A DNA stretch of 64,000 bases from Mobula hypostoma (GCF_963921235.1 NC_086097.1:152212001-152276000); one strand, 5' to 3'. Shown: positions 37,075-50,253, counted from the first letter of the stretch. Numbers and translations are program-made. Notes: generated by a model not told the origin, from the sequence alone.

Positions 37075-37330
37075 AGAACGTGCTGCTGCACATCTCCAGC
37101 GATCTGGGTGCTGTCTTGACCTCGAGTCCTGTCTACATGAAATGTTCCAGTTAACATACGTTCCCACAGAAGCTTCCATTTCCTCCCTCCTCTCAAACAA
37201 GTACTAGAAGATTAATTGGCTGCTGTAAATTGCTCCTGATATAGGTGGGTGGCATGAGAATCAGGCAAAATTGTTGGCCTGTGAAAGAGGATAGTTTGCA
37301 CAAACAGAAACAAAGGTTACATGGTGATAT
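37075..37330 (+). mobile_element. Decayed HE1/V-SINE-like element
   Basis: CTCCAGCGATCTGGG..GACCTC head and ATTAATTGGCTGCTGTAAATTGCTCC core. Confidence 0.45.
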
Positions 37331-37782
37331 AGGGCAGAAACAGGCTTTTCTGCCTGCCACATAAATGCTGAACATTAACCCATCCACACAATCCCGTTGA
37401 CCTGTATTCAGATACTAGCCTTGCTGATTGAAATGTTCATCTATAAGCTTCTTAAATGTTGTGTAACCTGGACCACCTCCTCAGACAACAGATCCTAACC
37501 ACTGTCTATGTGAAAGATTCTCTCTCTATACCTGCTTTTCACTGTAAACAAATATCCTCTTGTCTGTGGGGAAAAGATTCGTATTATCTAACATCAATCT
37601 TCCTCATATTTGTGTATAGCTCTATCAGGTCATTCCTCATCCTTCTCCACACCAGAGAAAACAAATCCAGCCTATCCTTATATCTAAAATGTTCCAGTCC
37701 AGGTACCATTTGGATCAAGATGGTTCTATTGATACACAGCGACATTTTGCGGGTAGCAAGCAAAACTATCAATTATTCCACT

Positions 37783-38643
37783 TGTTACGTACCCCGTAAC
37801 TGGGTTGCCAAACCAGCAGAAATGGATCACTCAGTTGGAGTCTGGAGTACTAGAACTAAGAAAGTTTTATTAAAGAAACAAGCAACACAGTAATCGAAAG
37901 GATAATAAATGCAACAGTTCAGCGATGATAAACACACATGTGCACAGAAGTAAGATAACAGCATCAATCAAGCTCTATCGTTGTCTAGGGGTAAAAGACC
38001 AATTTCAAAATGACTCAAAGTTCAGTCCAGTTAGTAGTTCAGTTCGCAGTAATCATTGCCATGGCGATGGACAACGTGGGGGAAGAGAGAGATAGAACAG
38101 GAACAACTGATCATTCAGAACACTGCTTCACTCACAGACCAGCGAGATGGCTCACAAACAGCTTTTGGGCGGGTCCTTGGTGATGTCACCTGAGGTCACC
38201 GACTGTGACTCCTCCTCCAGATGCGGTCAATCCTCTGCAGTGAACCCGGCACCCAGGCAAGGGCGGACACACACCGGGTTCCCGCTGATCGTACCTTTCC
38301 ACCCTGATCGTTGTCCGATACTTCTCACCCACTCGTGAGAAGCGCACCGCTTCCAGGGTCTCGTTACCTCGGGTGGCGTGTGTGCCTGTCTTAGCGAACC
38401 TGTCCCTTTTTATCCCCCTGCTGGGGTATCGCCTGTCCGTCACTTCAAACAGTTCAGGGTTCAAAGGGGGGAGCCGCTCCAGACAGCTCTTCCTCCCACA
38501 TCCCTTCATTACACATCTCCAGACGCTGCTCCATTGTTCCTTATCTCTCCTTCCCCTGAGGGCAGGTGGCAGACCAACTGCTGATGTCACTGATGCTAGC
38601 CCAGGCCAGCAAACATCTTAATTTTATGTGTATTCTCGTAACA
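37783..38643 (-). repeat. 3' LTR of the Gmr1-like element
   Basis: Near-identical to 41741-42602. Minus-strand TATA-like GATAAAAAG near 38410 and AATAAA near 37868. Confidence 0.95.
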
Positions 38644-38923
38644 CTTCCCCCCTTTAAGGATTTTTACCGAGAGGTAAAAATTACAAACATGACTACATTA
38701 TTTGATACATACACAATATACATCTTTATCAACCATTTGGCTAACACAGCGAGTTTGAAGCTGTCAACACCTTGACAGACAGTCATCACATTTTCTGTTC
38801 CTTTTACACGTGTTATTAATAATCCCTTAGACCAGGCTCCAACTCAGCAAACTTCATAGTGGCCAAAAACACTGATGAATTGCGACCAATGTAACCTCTC
38901 ATTTGGTTTTGTCCCGGACCACA

Positions 38924-40291
38924 CTAACAAGGGTCGTCCCATTCCGACTCAGTTTTCTCTCGCAAGGGCTTAGTAGGAGGGGGACGGGTATTGACCGCAG
39001 AGTTATTGCAAAACTTCCTGCAGTACCCCATCATCTCCAAAAGCCTTCTGAGGGCCCTCTTGTCTGTCGGGGTTGGGAGGTCAGCGATAGCCTGCACTGT
39101 AGCTTGCATCGCTGCCAGCTGCCCCTGTGTCACTACAATTTCCAGGTAAGTGACCCTCGTGTGGCCGAATTCATTTTTTTCAAGGTTCACTATCAAGCTG
39201 GCTTCAGACAGCCGTATTAAATTGCCAATACACACCTCTGTGGTCATCAGCTCTTTAGTCACTGAATTACTCAATATATATGAGTGTTCTTTACTGGGCT
39301 GCCCTATTGTAACAGACATAACCCAACGTCCCAGTTCTTTGCATTTCCTCGGGACAATCAAACACATAGGTGCGAGTCGTTTAATTACTCCTTCTAAAGA
39401 TTCGCTTTGTTCGGGGATTAAGGGAGAGACCTTATCAGTAGACCTGGCCAAAACAATAGCCTTCTCCCATCTGACCGATCCCATCCTAATCTTTTCAAAA
39501 TGGTTCTTTTCTCTTATCAGGGGGCCCCTAGCTTCATTGATTTCCACGCTAACACCGACTAGGTTTGTTAGCATATCAAAAGCCGGTGACCGTCTCAGTT
39601 CGCGTCGGTCATGATCAATAACATTTTTCCCCCTGGGCAGCCGGTAAATCTCTTTCATGATTCCACCAACTGTTTCCTCCAGCACCGCAAAATGTCCACC
39701 GGGGGGTACCTCGTGGGCCATGTTAAAAACCTCATCCCCATAACTCTTTTGCACCACCCCCCACTCCTCATCTGCGGATGCTGTACTTGATTTCCCTTTC
39801 TTCCTTAGCACCTCCTCATCCGCACAATAGCTTGTCAAGGCTGTGTCAGAGAGAGCGGTCTCGGCAAAAACCATCAGCCCCTCGTCTCGCTCCTGCGTCT
39901 GCACAAATTCTTTCCTGGCTACTGCTACGTCCGTCCCAGCTCCCTCACTACCTCTTATCTCACTACACCCTGTCTCATACAAGGTTGGCAGAAATGTTTC
40001 AGCCAAATTCACCATCGCGGGCGGGGCCTCCATGCTGGCAGGCTGACCCGTCAATCTCACGACTGGGAACACGATTCCTCCGGCGATGTCATTATCGAGC
40101 AAGACTTCCACGTCTTTCATCGGTAATTCGGGCCTCACCCCGATCGTGAATAGTCCAGAGACCAGGTTGCTCTGTAAATGTATCCGGTGCAAAGGGACTG
40201 ACTCTGTCCCTTCCCCAACACCTTTGACCTCTACCTCCCCAGTCTGGGTCTCTGAGCTAAACTCTACTACACTCTTCAGTCTTAGTGACTG
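38924..40291 (-). pseudogene. pol: Compacted pol remnant (PR C-term, IN HHCC start, RT thumb)
   Basis: MAHEVPPGGHF (IN), then LIVNLEKNEFGHTRVTYL..QAIADLPTPTDKRALRRLL..GYCRKF (RT). Same frame as gag. Confidence 0.75.
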
Positions 40292-41641
40292 TCACGCTCC
40301 CGTGTCTCTCCAGATCCGCACTGGAACTGGTTTTAACCCCTCCTTCACTGACACCAGTCCGGCCGAGATAAACCTCTCGCGCCCTTCCTGGACTTTTTCA
40401 GACCTGTCCTTCCCTAGCGGTTCGCTTAACAGCTCGATACAGCCATTCAAAATTTCCGCTTTTCCTTTCCCCGTCTCCTTCCTTGGGGCAAAGCACCTGG
40501 ACGCAAAGTGTCCGACTTTCCCACAATTATAACAGACGACCCCAGGAGACTTCCTACCAGACTGCTCCCGGTCTACCTTATCCTTTTCACTAGTCCCCGG
40601 CTTACTTTCTGACTTTTCCGGCGGACTCTCCCCTCCGTCCTGACTACCCTTCTGGTAGCCTTTACTCGGGGCAAACTTCATTTTATGCGTCAACGCATAC
40701 TCATCCGCTAACTTAGCAGTTGCGGCTAACGTGGCTGCCTCTTTCTCATCGAGGTAGGGTCTCATACCCTCAGGGACACAACCTTTAAACTGCTCAATCA
40801 GAATCAGCTGCAGCAGTCTGTCGTAATCCCCCTCTACCCCTTTCGAGGCGCACCAACGCTCACAATATGTTTGCATCTCACGAGCAAACTCCAAATACGT
40901 GCGGTCCCACTGCTTCCTCGCATTCCGGAACCTCTGCCGGTATGCCTCCGGGACCAACTCATAAATCCTGAGGATGGCCTCCTTCACCACCTCATACTTC
41001 TGGGCATCTTCCGCGGATAAAGCGGAGTAAGCTTGTTGGGCCTTCCCTTTCAGTACACTCTGAAGTAACACAGCCCACTTATCCCTCGGCCATTCCTGAC
41101 TTATAGCCACCTTTTCGAAGTGGAGAAAGTACCGATCCACGTCGGTATCGTCAAAAGGGGGAACCAGCCTTACCTCCTGGGTCGCCCGGAACCCTCCACC
41201 TTGGTTCGGCACGAGCCCCTGCTCGGCCCTTATCTTTAACTTCTCCAGCTCAAATTCTCTTTCCCTCTGTTTCTCCTCTCTCTCCAACTGTCTGTCCCTC
41301 TCTTGCCTTTCTACCTCTTTCTCTCTCTCCCGCCTTTCTAACTCTCTCTCTTCGTGTTCTAACTGCCGTACCCGGAACTCGTGCTCGAGTCTCAGTTTTT
41401 CAAGCTGTACCTGTACCGCGTCTCCAGCAGGTTTTTCAATAGACACCATCCCCAGCTCACCTTGGGGAAACACACCTTTAGATACATAGTGCTCTACAAT
41501 AGCTCTGTGTATCTCCTCTCTCCTCATTGTCGACTTCACCTTAGCAAGATTCACCCGTTTGGCCACAGCTATCAATTCCGATTTCCTGGCATCCTCTAAT
41601 GCCTCCAAGGTCGGCGCCTTTATAAATTCCTCAACCTCCAT
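40292..41641 (-). CDS. gag: Gag of the Gmr1-like element (coiled coil, SCAN-like capsid CTD, CCHC knuckle) running into protease DTG
   Basis: 449-aa open frame: VPEAYRQRFR..QLILIEQF, CYNCGKVGHFASRC, IWRDTGA*. Confidence 0.88.
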   Translation of the reverse strand: MEVEEFIKAPTLEALEDARKSELIAVAKRVNLAKVKSTMRREEIHRAIVEHYVSKGVFPQGELGMVSIEKPAGDAVQVQLEKLRLEHEFRVRQLEHEERELERREREKEVERQERDRQLEREEKQREREFELEKLKIRAEQGLVPNQGGGFRATQEVRLVPPFDDTDVDRYFLHFEKVAISQEWPRDKWAVLLQSVLKGKAQQAYSALSAEDAQKYEVVKEAILRIYELVPEAYRQRFRNARKQWDRTYLEFAREMQTYCERWCASKGVEGDYDRLLQLILIEQFKGCVPEGMRPYLDEKEAATLAATAKLADEYALTHKMKFAPSKGYQKGSQDGGESPPEKSESKPGTSEKDKVDREQSGRKSPGVVCYNCGKVGHFASRCFAPRKETGKGKAEILNGCIELLSEPLGKDRSEKVQEGRERFISAGLVSVKEGLKPVPVRIWRDTGA

Positions 41642-41717
41642 TTCTGCTGTTTGTCTTTTCTTTCTTTCGGGAATTTTAACCCAATCAATTTACTCCGTCC
41701 CAAATTTAGCGTTCAAA

Positions 41718-41736
41718 ATCCCGGACGAGAACCCCA
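41718..41736 (-). promoter_or_regulatory. Primer-binding site, tRNA-Pro-like
   Basis: Minus TGGGGTTCTCGTCCGGGAT versus canonical TGGGGGCTCGTCCGGGAT. Confidence 0.8.
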
Positions 41737-41740
41737 CTTA

Positions 41741-42602
41741 TGTTACGTACCCCGTAACTGGGTTGCCAAACCAGCAGAAATGGATCACTCAGTTGGAGTC
41801 TGGAGTACTAGAACTAAGAAAGTTTTATTAAAGAAACAAGCAACACAGTAATCGAAAGGATAATAAATGCAACAGTTCAGTGATGATAAACACACATGTG
41901 CACAGAAGTAAGATAACAGCATCAATCAAGCTCTATCGTTGTCTAGGGGTAAAAGACCAATTTCAAAATGACTCAAAGTTCAGTCCAGTTAGTAGTTCAG
42001 TTCGCAGTAATCGTTGCCATGGCGATGGACAAGGTGGGGGAAGAGAGACAGAGAGAACAGGAACAACTGATCATTCAGAACACTGCTTCACTCACAGACC
42101 AGCGAGATGGCTCACAAACAGCTTTTGGGCGGGTCCTTGGTGATGTCACCTGAGGTCACCGACTGTGACCCCTCCTCCAGATGCGGTCGATCCTCTGCAG
42201 TGAACCCGGCACCCAGGCAAGGGCGGACACACACCGGGTTCCCGCTGATCGTACCTTTCCACCCTGATCGTTGTCTGGTACTTCTCACCCACTCGTGAGA
42301 GGCGTACCGCTTCCAGGGTCTCGTTACCTCGGGTGGCGTGTGTCCTGCCTTAGCGAACCGGTGCCTTTTTATCCCCCTGCTGGGGTATCGCCTGTCCGTC
42401 ACTTCAAACAGTTCAAGGTTCAAAGAGGGGAGCCGCTCCAGACAGCTCTTCCTCCCACATCCCTTCATTACACATCTCCAGACGCTGCTCCATTGTTCCT
42501 TATCTCTCCTTCCCCTGAGGGCAGGTGGCAGACCAACTGCTGATGTCACTGATGCTAACCCAGGCCAGCAAACATCTTAATTTTATGTGTATTCTCGTAA
42601 CA
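41741..42602 (-). repeat. 5' LTR of the Gmr1-like element
   Basis: Adjacent to the PBS; direct repeat of 37783-38643. Confidence 0.95.
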
Positions 42603-42975
42603 CACTAAATATACTTTCTCTGGACTTCAGTCACTGTAATCTGCAGTCTGTAATTTCCCTTTGAGAGCTATGCTTTTGAACTGTCTGAACGATCTGATTT
42701 TTTTGCAATATCCTGAAGGATTCAGCAAAGCGGACTCTCAAGAAATCAGGGACAGACGTGGTGGCCATTGCTGGAGCGGACTTTGGGCTGATTGAAGAAA
42801 CGGGGCCTGGATCAAAGGATGAAAAAGAAACTGATGTTTAGCTGATTTAAGCACTGAGCTAGATTAAAAAGATTAAAGCATCAAGCTGAGGGCGAAAGAT
42901 GAACCGACGTTTAGCTCACTATTCCATGAGGCTCTACTTGCCTCAGCACTGACCTGACTCTACAGCTGTGGCCTG

Positions 42976-44284
42976 CAAACATCCCACCCTGCAAAAACTC
43001 ATTTCAGGGAGGTAGCACCCCGCCCCCCGCCACGTCGACCTCCAAGGGTGTATGTAATACTTTGTTTAGTGATTTGTCTAATCTGTAAACCAAGTTGGGT
43101 ATATGCAGAAAATGTGACATTAAAATATGTACTTATATATTATATCATGCTTATTCTATTACAACTTTAAACAAGTCTACAGGGAGTTTGGCCTCATCAC
43201 GTAGGACATCAATAGTGTAGCTCCTTAGCAGCCACCCAGCTAGTTTAAATAACGTTAGTTATGCTAATGAACGAATGACACCTGTTAAACTCACCTCAAC
43301 GTGTCTTTTACATTTTAACCCACCATGGGCAACAGAAAAGTCACTGTTGCAAACAGTGCAGCGAGCAACACTGTCATTATTTTTAAGGTCGACTGTAAAG
43401 CCCGCCCACAGTGAAAACTAATAGTTCTACTTAGCAGGGGTCTCCAACATTTTTTTGCACTGTGGACCGGTTTAATATTGACAATATTCTTGCGGACCGG
43501 CCAACCAGGGGCGGGGGTGTTAATCACAGTCGGAATATAAGTGATAAGTCAACTATAAGTCAGTTATAAGTGGCTAATACACTTAATTTCGTTTCTAAAA
43601 GGATTAATCTAACAAACTTAATATTATACACACAGTGCATAATTTCCTTGTATGAACATATAAAATCATTGCAACACACCAATATCGCTGAAGCAGTGGG
43701 AGCCCTGGGCTTGTTTCCCTGCAACAAGATGGTCCCATTGAAGGGTGATGGGAGACAGTGATACTCGAAGGGGGTTCCTTATGTCCAGTCAATTCTGCAA
43801 TTTTTTTCCATTGCATTCATTGCAGAAAACTCCGCTTCTCAGAGATATGTTGGAAATGGAAGCAACGTTTTCAGTGCTTTGTGACCATCTCAGGATATTC
43901 AGTCTCGACTTTGATCCAGAAAGCTGGCCAAGATGTTATGTCAAACATACTTTTCAGCCCACCGTCATTCGCAAGCTCGAGGACTTGATCTTCTTCCCGC
44001 GCTGACATGGATGACGCGTGCATAATGACCTCGTGTGCGTTCAAATTTAACAGTGGGCGTGACAGGGAATGAGAAAAGGTGCAGCTAACTCATATCGTTT
44101 CCTCGTGGCCCGGTGGTTGGGGACCACGCTTAGCACGAAGAGACACCAATCTGGATGCTCGCTCTCCCTCTCCCTCTCAAAAAAAAATCGATTTCCAGGA
44201 TATTGTATATAATTTCTGGACGTCAGGGAGCCACTATCGATATGTGGGAGACTCCCGGAACTTCCGTGAGAGATGAGATGTCTG
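42976..44284. mobile_element. Second copy of the CAGACATCCC-terminus MITE family
   Basis: Shares termini and internal blocks with 31450-31980. No clear TSD. Confidence 0.75.
43435..44128. mobile_element. hAT (Charlie-like) non-autonomous element nested in the MITE
   Basis: TIR CAGGGGTCTCCAAC / GTTGGGGACCAC, subterminal GGACCGG motifs, CTTAG on both flanks. Confidence 0.65.
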
Positions 44285-44435
44285 TGTCACCTCAGTACTG
44301 AACTGGCTCTACAGCTGTGGCCTGCAGCCATCGGGCTCTTGTGTCACCATGGTACTGAACCGACTCTACAGCTATGGCCTGCAACCATTGGGCTGTTATG
44401 TCACCTGAGCACTGAACTGCCTCCATGGCTGTAGA
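44285..44435 (+). repeat. 57-bp tandem repeat (~2.6 copies; partial copy at 42940-42975)
   Basis: TGTCACC units start at 44285, 44342 and 44399, within a retroposon whose tail ends AATAAATGTACTGTGAACTTTGAAC near 44666. Confidence 0.75.
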
Positions 44436-46246
44436 CTCATTTTTGGGGACTCTGCAGCTCATGTTCTGCATATTATTTGTTTACTTTTTATTGTTTGCAC
44501 AACTTCATCTTTTTATGCACACTGGGTGTTTAACGGTCTTTGTTGTGTCGGATTTTTTCAGGATTCTATTGTGTTACTTTGTCTTGCGGCTGCCTGCAAG
44601 AAGATGAATCTCAAGGATGTATATGGTGCACAGACTTTGATAATAAATGTACTGTGAACTTTGAACATTTGTATTGTCTCCAGCACAATCCCATTCTTTT
44701 CATAAATAGGGTCCAGAAATAGGAAAACTCGATAATGGAAATGATCTCTTCTCCCTCCCCCCTCCCCACGAAGATCAGGGATTAACTCAATGGACATTAA
44801 CCCTTTCTGTGTTGTATGAAATATTTGAAATGTGTTCATGGAAAGATCTTCCAGCTGCAAGTGTAGAGACACTTCAATCTCAGGGGATTGGCCTGTTATC
44901 TTATAATATTCTTACAGCTTGTAACTTACCTTAGTGAAATATCTTTTTGAGTAAGAGAGGGAGAAATGATCAAGAGAAGGAGCGAGTGTGCCTAGTACTT
45001 CAACTACAGTATATTCCAGAATAACATTAGATAAAGGAGGAAATATTATTTTGTTTTAGTGTGTGGAAGGCTAACAGTAGGTGGGAGACTTTGAAGTGGC
45101 ACTCATCAGAGGTATAAAACCATACATGGTTGGATGTAAAACTATACCTGGTACCTGGTTAAACTTCTTACTCCCTACAACTGGAAGATGAAGTGATCAT
45201 ATTGACCATAGTTCTTCATCGCAGCAAGTCTTGTAAAATAATTCAAGCGAAGATGGAAGCAAGGAAGAAGTGGAATAAAATGATTCAAGGAAACACACAG
45301 AAAGAAAGAAAGAAAGAGAGAAAGTAGAGTATTTTATTCTACAATTACAGAAATAGTAGATAAAAAGGAGGAAGCATTAAAAAGACAGAAAATTGAAGAG
45401 GGGAGAGTGAGGACCATAGAAAGATGTTTGATTGTCTTTTTCTCTCTTGTTAATGAACAATATGATGTGAGGCTGTCTCAGCTTCAATACTGCAAAGACA
45501 ATGCTGGATGTATGCTCATTTCACATGGAATTACAAAACATCATTTAAATGCTGTTCATGATTTCTTCACACAAGATGGTATTTTGGTTATCTGTAACCT
45601 ATTGGAAATAAATCACTATCACAAAATGGCTCTTTAATGGACAATAAGCCATAAACTGTCCTAATGAAATTTCAAATTGCTGATGTTTTGAATGCATCCT
45701 AACCATTAAATTAGCCTGTTGAGACATAATTTCAAAGTATGAAAGCAATTAATTGTTGTCCTGCACGAGAAACTCCTCTGAACAAAGGATAGGCAGAATG
45801 AGAAAGGACAGTGAGTAGCTCTGCTAATGAAGGATGAGATCATTGACATGATGAAAAAGAAACTTGGCTCAGAAGATCTAGAAATGGAATAAATTTGAGC
45901 AGAAATAAGAAAGAGCCAAGTGAAGAAGTCTCTGGAGGAAGTAATCTACAGACCTCCTATGACGCTCTCTGTGACGCAAAGAGTTACGTCAAGTAATAAC
46001 AGGCCTGCTGATAGGATACTGGAGTAATCGTGAGTGACTTGAATTGAACAAATTAAATTAGTGGGGAAAATTAGCCACGGTCCTTGCACTTTATTTGTAC
46101 ACTATATATTGGAGGTATGATTAGTAAGTTTGCAGATAACATCATTGATGATACTGAGGAAGCTAGTCTTAGTTTATAAAATGTATTGAACCAGTTTCTT
46201 AGTTGAAACATCAGATCTGATCATACATAATGAGATGAAATGGTCA

Positions 46247-47220
46247 TTTCAAAGGTTCAAAGGTTCATTTACTAACAAAGTATTCAACTTGAAATTCTTA
46301 TTCTCTGGGTAGTGATGAAACCAAGAAAAAAAAAGGCAGAATGATCATCCACCACAAATCCCCCTCCCCACAAAAGAAAACAAACAAAAACAGAGCAACA
46401 CACATCAAAGTTGCTGGTGAATGCAGCAGACCTGGCAGAGCATGATCATCAACCACCAAATTCCTCTTCTCGCACAAAACAAAATGGGACAGGGACATTG
46501 ACCTCCAAATCTCTCCTCCCACACAAAAAAAAACAAATAAAATGGAACAAGTACATTGATTCCCAAATCCCTCTCCCTGCACAAATAAAAGAGGAGGGAT
46601 CAGGCAAAAAACACAGAATACAAAAAAACCATAATACTGAAAAAGTCTAAAGTCTAAGTCCACATCCAAACTGCAGATAACCTGGGCATCATTTTCTGGG
46701 CCCAGCAACAGACCTTTCTCTCTCTGTAGCAGAGTGGCAAGAAGACAGGCAGTCAGTGCTCAGCCTCTACACTTGCCTCGATGCTTCAATCTCCCTCATT
46801 GTTATAACTGATGAGCAATGCAAGTGAAATGGAGTTGAACAACAGCTTGTCCCATTGTCTTCTCGCCACAAAGTTTGCACGTGCTGCCTGTCTCCTCGAA
46901 TCCTCTCAGAGACTGCTGAGCATTGAGGTACCCAAACAATCTCCAAGCATTCGCATTTGCCTTGATGACGAGCTTTGCCTCACAGCTATCTGCCATGAGG
47001 TTTGCGCATCCTGCCTCTGCCGCCTGGAATCCTCTCAGAGATTGTAGAGTGCTGGAACACCCAAACGATCTCCAAACAGCAAAACACAGGATCCAACAGT
47101 TCCAGAATCACATCCAAGACAAAAAACAACTGTAAAAGGCATAAAAGTAGTGAAATACATGCTTTCCTGTTCTATCCAGATGTCGTCGATTGAAGGAGCA
47201 TTATACACAGGCGCCATCTT
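46247..47220 (-). mobile_element. Non-autonomous retroposon with AAGATGGCG 5' end and Rex-type (TTTGAACC)n tail; contains a ~45-bp PLE scrap
   Basis: Minus start AAGATGGCGCC at 47220, tail TTCAAAGGTTCAAAGGTTC near 46248, PLE piece at 46394-46438. Confidence 0.45.
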
Positions 47221-50200
47221 AAGACCATAATATCTAGGAACAGAAGTAGGCCATTCGGCGCATCATGTCTGCTCCGCCATTCAATCATGGGCTGATCCAA
47301 TTCTTCCAGTCATCCCCACTCCCCTGCCTTCTCCCCATTCCCTTTGATGCCTTGGCTAATCAAAAACCTATCTATCTCTGCCTTCAAGGCACCCAGTAAC
47401 TTGGTCTCCACAGCTGCTCATGGCAACAAATTCCACAGACTTACCACACTCTGACAGAAGTAATTTCTCTGCATCTCTGTTTTAAATGGACATCCTTCAA
47501 TCCTGAAGTCATGCCCTCTTGCCCCACCATGGGAAATAACTTTGCTATATCTAATTTGTTCAGGCCTTTTAACATTTGGAATGTTTCTCTTGAATTCAGA
47601 GAATACAGCCCAAGAGCTGCCAGATGTTCCTCATACGGCAAACATTTCAGTCCTGGAATCATTCTTGTGAATCTTCTTTGAACCCTCTCCCATGTCAGTA
47701 TATCCTTTCAGAAATAAGGAGCCCAAAACTATACACAATACTCTAAGTGTGACCTCACAAGTGCCTTATACAGCCTCAACATCACATCCATGCTCTTATA
47801 TTCTATACCCCTAGAAAGGATTGCCAAAATTGCATTTGCTTTCTTCACCACCGACTCAACCTACGTGTTAACCTTTAGGGTATCCTGCACAAGGACTCCC
47901 AAGTCCATTTGCATCTCTGCATTTTGAATTCTCTCCCCATTTAGATAATAGTCTGCCCGTTTATTTCTTCCACCAAAGTGCATGACCATACATTTTCCAA
48001 CATTGTATATCATTTGCTACTTCTTTGCCCATTCCCTTAAACTATCTAAGTCTCTCTGCAAGCTCTCTGTTTTCTCAACACCTCCTCCACCTATCTTTGT
48101 ATGATCGACAAATTTAGCCACAAATCCTTTCATCCCATAGTCCAAATTATTTACATACATTGTAAAAATCAGCGATCCCAACACGGACCCATGTGGAACG
48201 CCACTGGTAACTGGCAGCCAGCCAGAATAGGATTCCTCTATTTCCACTCTCTGTTTTCTGCCAATCAGTCAATGTTCCACCCATGCTAGTAACTCCCCTG
48301 TAATTCCATAGGATCTTTCCTTGCTAAGCAGCATCACGTCCGGCATCTTGTCAAAGGCCTTCTGAAAATCCAAGTACACTATATCCACTGCATCTCCTTT
48401 GTCTACCCTTTTTGTAATTTCCTCAACAAATTGCAGTATGTTAGTCAGGCAGGATATTCCTTTCAGGAAACCATGCTGGCATGTCCCATCTTGTCATGTG
48501 CCTCCAGGTACTTCATAACCTCATCCCTAGCAATTGATTTCAACAACTTCCCAACTACCGATGTCAGGCTAACAGGTCTATAGTTTCCTTTCTGCTGCCT
48601 CCCACACTTCTTACATAGCGCAGTAACATTTGCAATTTTCCAGTCCTCCGGTACTATGCAAAAATCTATCGATTCTTGAAAGATCATTGTTAATGCCTCC
48701 ACAATCTCTCCAGCTACTTCCTTCAGAACCCGAGGGTGCATTCCATCAGGTCCAGAAGATTTATCCACTCTCAGACCATTAAGCTTCCTGAGTAACTTCT
48801 CAGTCATAATTTTCACTGCACATACTTCACTTGCCTGACACTCTTGAATGTCTGGTATACTGCAGCTGTCTTCCACTGTGAAGACTGATGCAAAATACGC
48901 ATTCAGTTCCTCTGCCATCTCTGTGTCTCAAATTACAACATCTCCAGCATCATTTTCTATTGGTCCTATATCTACCCTCAACTCTCTTTTACCCTTTATA
49001 TACTTAAATAAGCTTTTAGTATCTTCTTTGATATTAGTCGCCAGCTTCCTTTCATAATTCATCTTTTTCTTCCTAATGACCTTCTTAGTTTCCTTCTGCA
49101 AGTTTTTAGAAGCTTCCTAATCTTCTATCTTCCCACTAGCTTTGGTTTCTTTGTATGCCCTCTCTTTTGCTTTTACTTTGGCTCTGATTTCACTTGTCGG
49201 CCACGGTAGTGTCCTTCTTCCATTTGAAAATTTCTTCTTATTTGGAATATATCTGTCTTGTACTTCCTTCATTTTCCGCAGAAACTCCAGCTATTGCTGC
49301 TCTGCTGTCCTTCCACCTAGTGTCTCTTTCCAGTCAACCTTGGCCAGTTCCCCTCATGTGCCATTGTAATTTCCTTGATTCCACTGAAATACCGACACAT
49401 TGGAATTTATTTTCTCCTTCTCAAATTTCAAAGTGAACTCGATCATATTGTGATCACTGTTCCCTAAGTGTTCCTTAACCTTAAGCTCTCTCATCACCTC
49501 CGGATCATTGCACAACATCCAATCCAGCACAGCTGATCCCCTAGTGGGCTCAACAACAAGCTGTTCTAAAAAGCCATCTCTTAGACATTCTACAAATTCT
49601 CTCCTTTGAAGTCCGGTACTAGCCAGGTTTTCCCAATCCACTTTCATGTTAAAATCCCAATGATTATCATGATATTGCCCTTCTGACACGCCTTTTCTAT
49701 CTCCTGCTGTAATTTGTAATCCACATCGCAGTTGCTGTTTGGAGGCCTGAATACAACTGCCATTAGGGTCCTTTCACTCTTGTCATTTCTTAACTCTACC
49801 TATAGACACTCTACACCTTCCAATCCTATGTCATCCCTTTCTAATGATTTAATATTGTTTCTTATACACAAGGCCACACCACCCCCTCTGCCTACTAACC
49901 TATCTTTCCGATACACCATATATCCTTGGATGTTCAGCTCCCAATGGCAGCCATCCTTTAGCCAAGTTTTAGAGATGGCCACAACGTCATACTTGCCAAT
50001 CTGTAGCTGAATTTCAAGATCGTCCATTTTATTTCTTATGCTGCTTGCATTCAAATATAACATTTTCAGTCCAGTATTTGTTGCTTTCTGTTTTAACTGC
50101 ACCCTCTATTGCCCTGTAACTTATCCCACTGGCTGTGATTATGCCTCATCTCCTGCCTATCCTTTCTATAATCTCTGTTGCATGCTATCTTTGATTTATT

Positions 50201-50253
50201 TTTGTTTTCCCCTTCCTCAGCCCTATCATTCTGGTTCCCATCACTCTGCCAAA

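Larger units (their letters stand above)
37783..42602 (-). mobile_element. Gmr1-like Ty3/Gypsy LTR retrotransposon, young, with internally deleted pol
   Basis: ~861-bp LTRs TGTTACG..CGTAACA (37783-38643, 41741-42602), 4-bp TSD CACT, tRNA-Pro-like PBS, PPT next to 38644. IN zinc-finger remnant precedes the RT thumb and RH comes last. Confidence 0.92.

Noticed and set aside
40292..41641. Host SCAN-domain zinc-finger gene
   Set aside because: The ORF lies between LTRs with PBS, PPT and TSD, has a CCHC knuckle and protease motif, and has no C2H2 array. It is retrotransposon Gag.
44285..44435. CRISPR-like array
   Set aside because: Head-to-tail degenerate 57-bp units with no unique spacers, in a eukaryotic context without cas genes.
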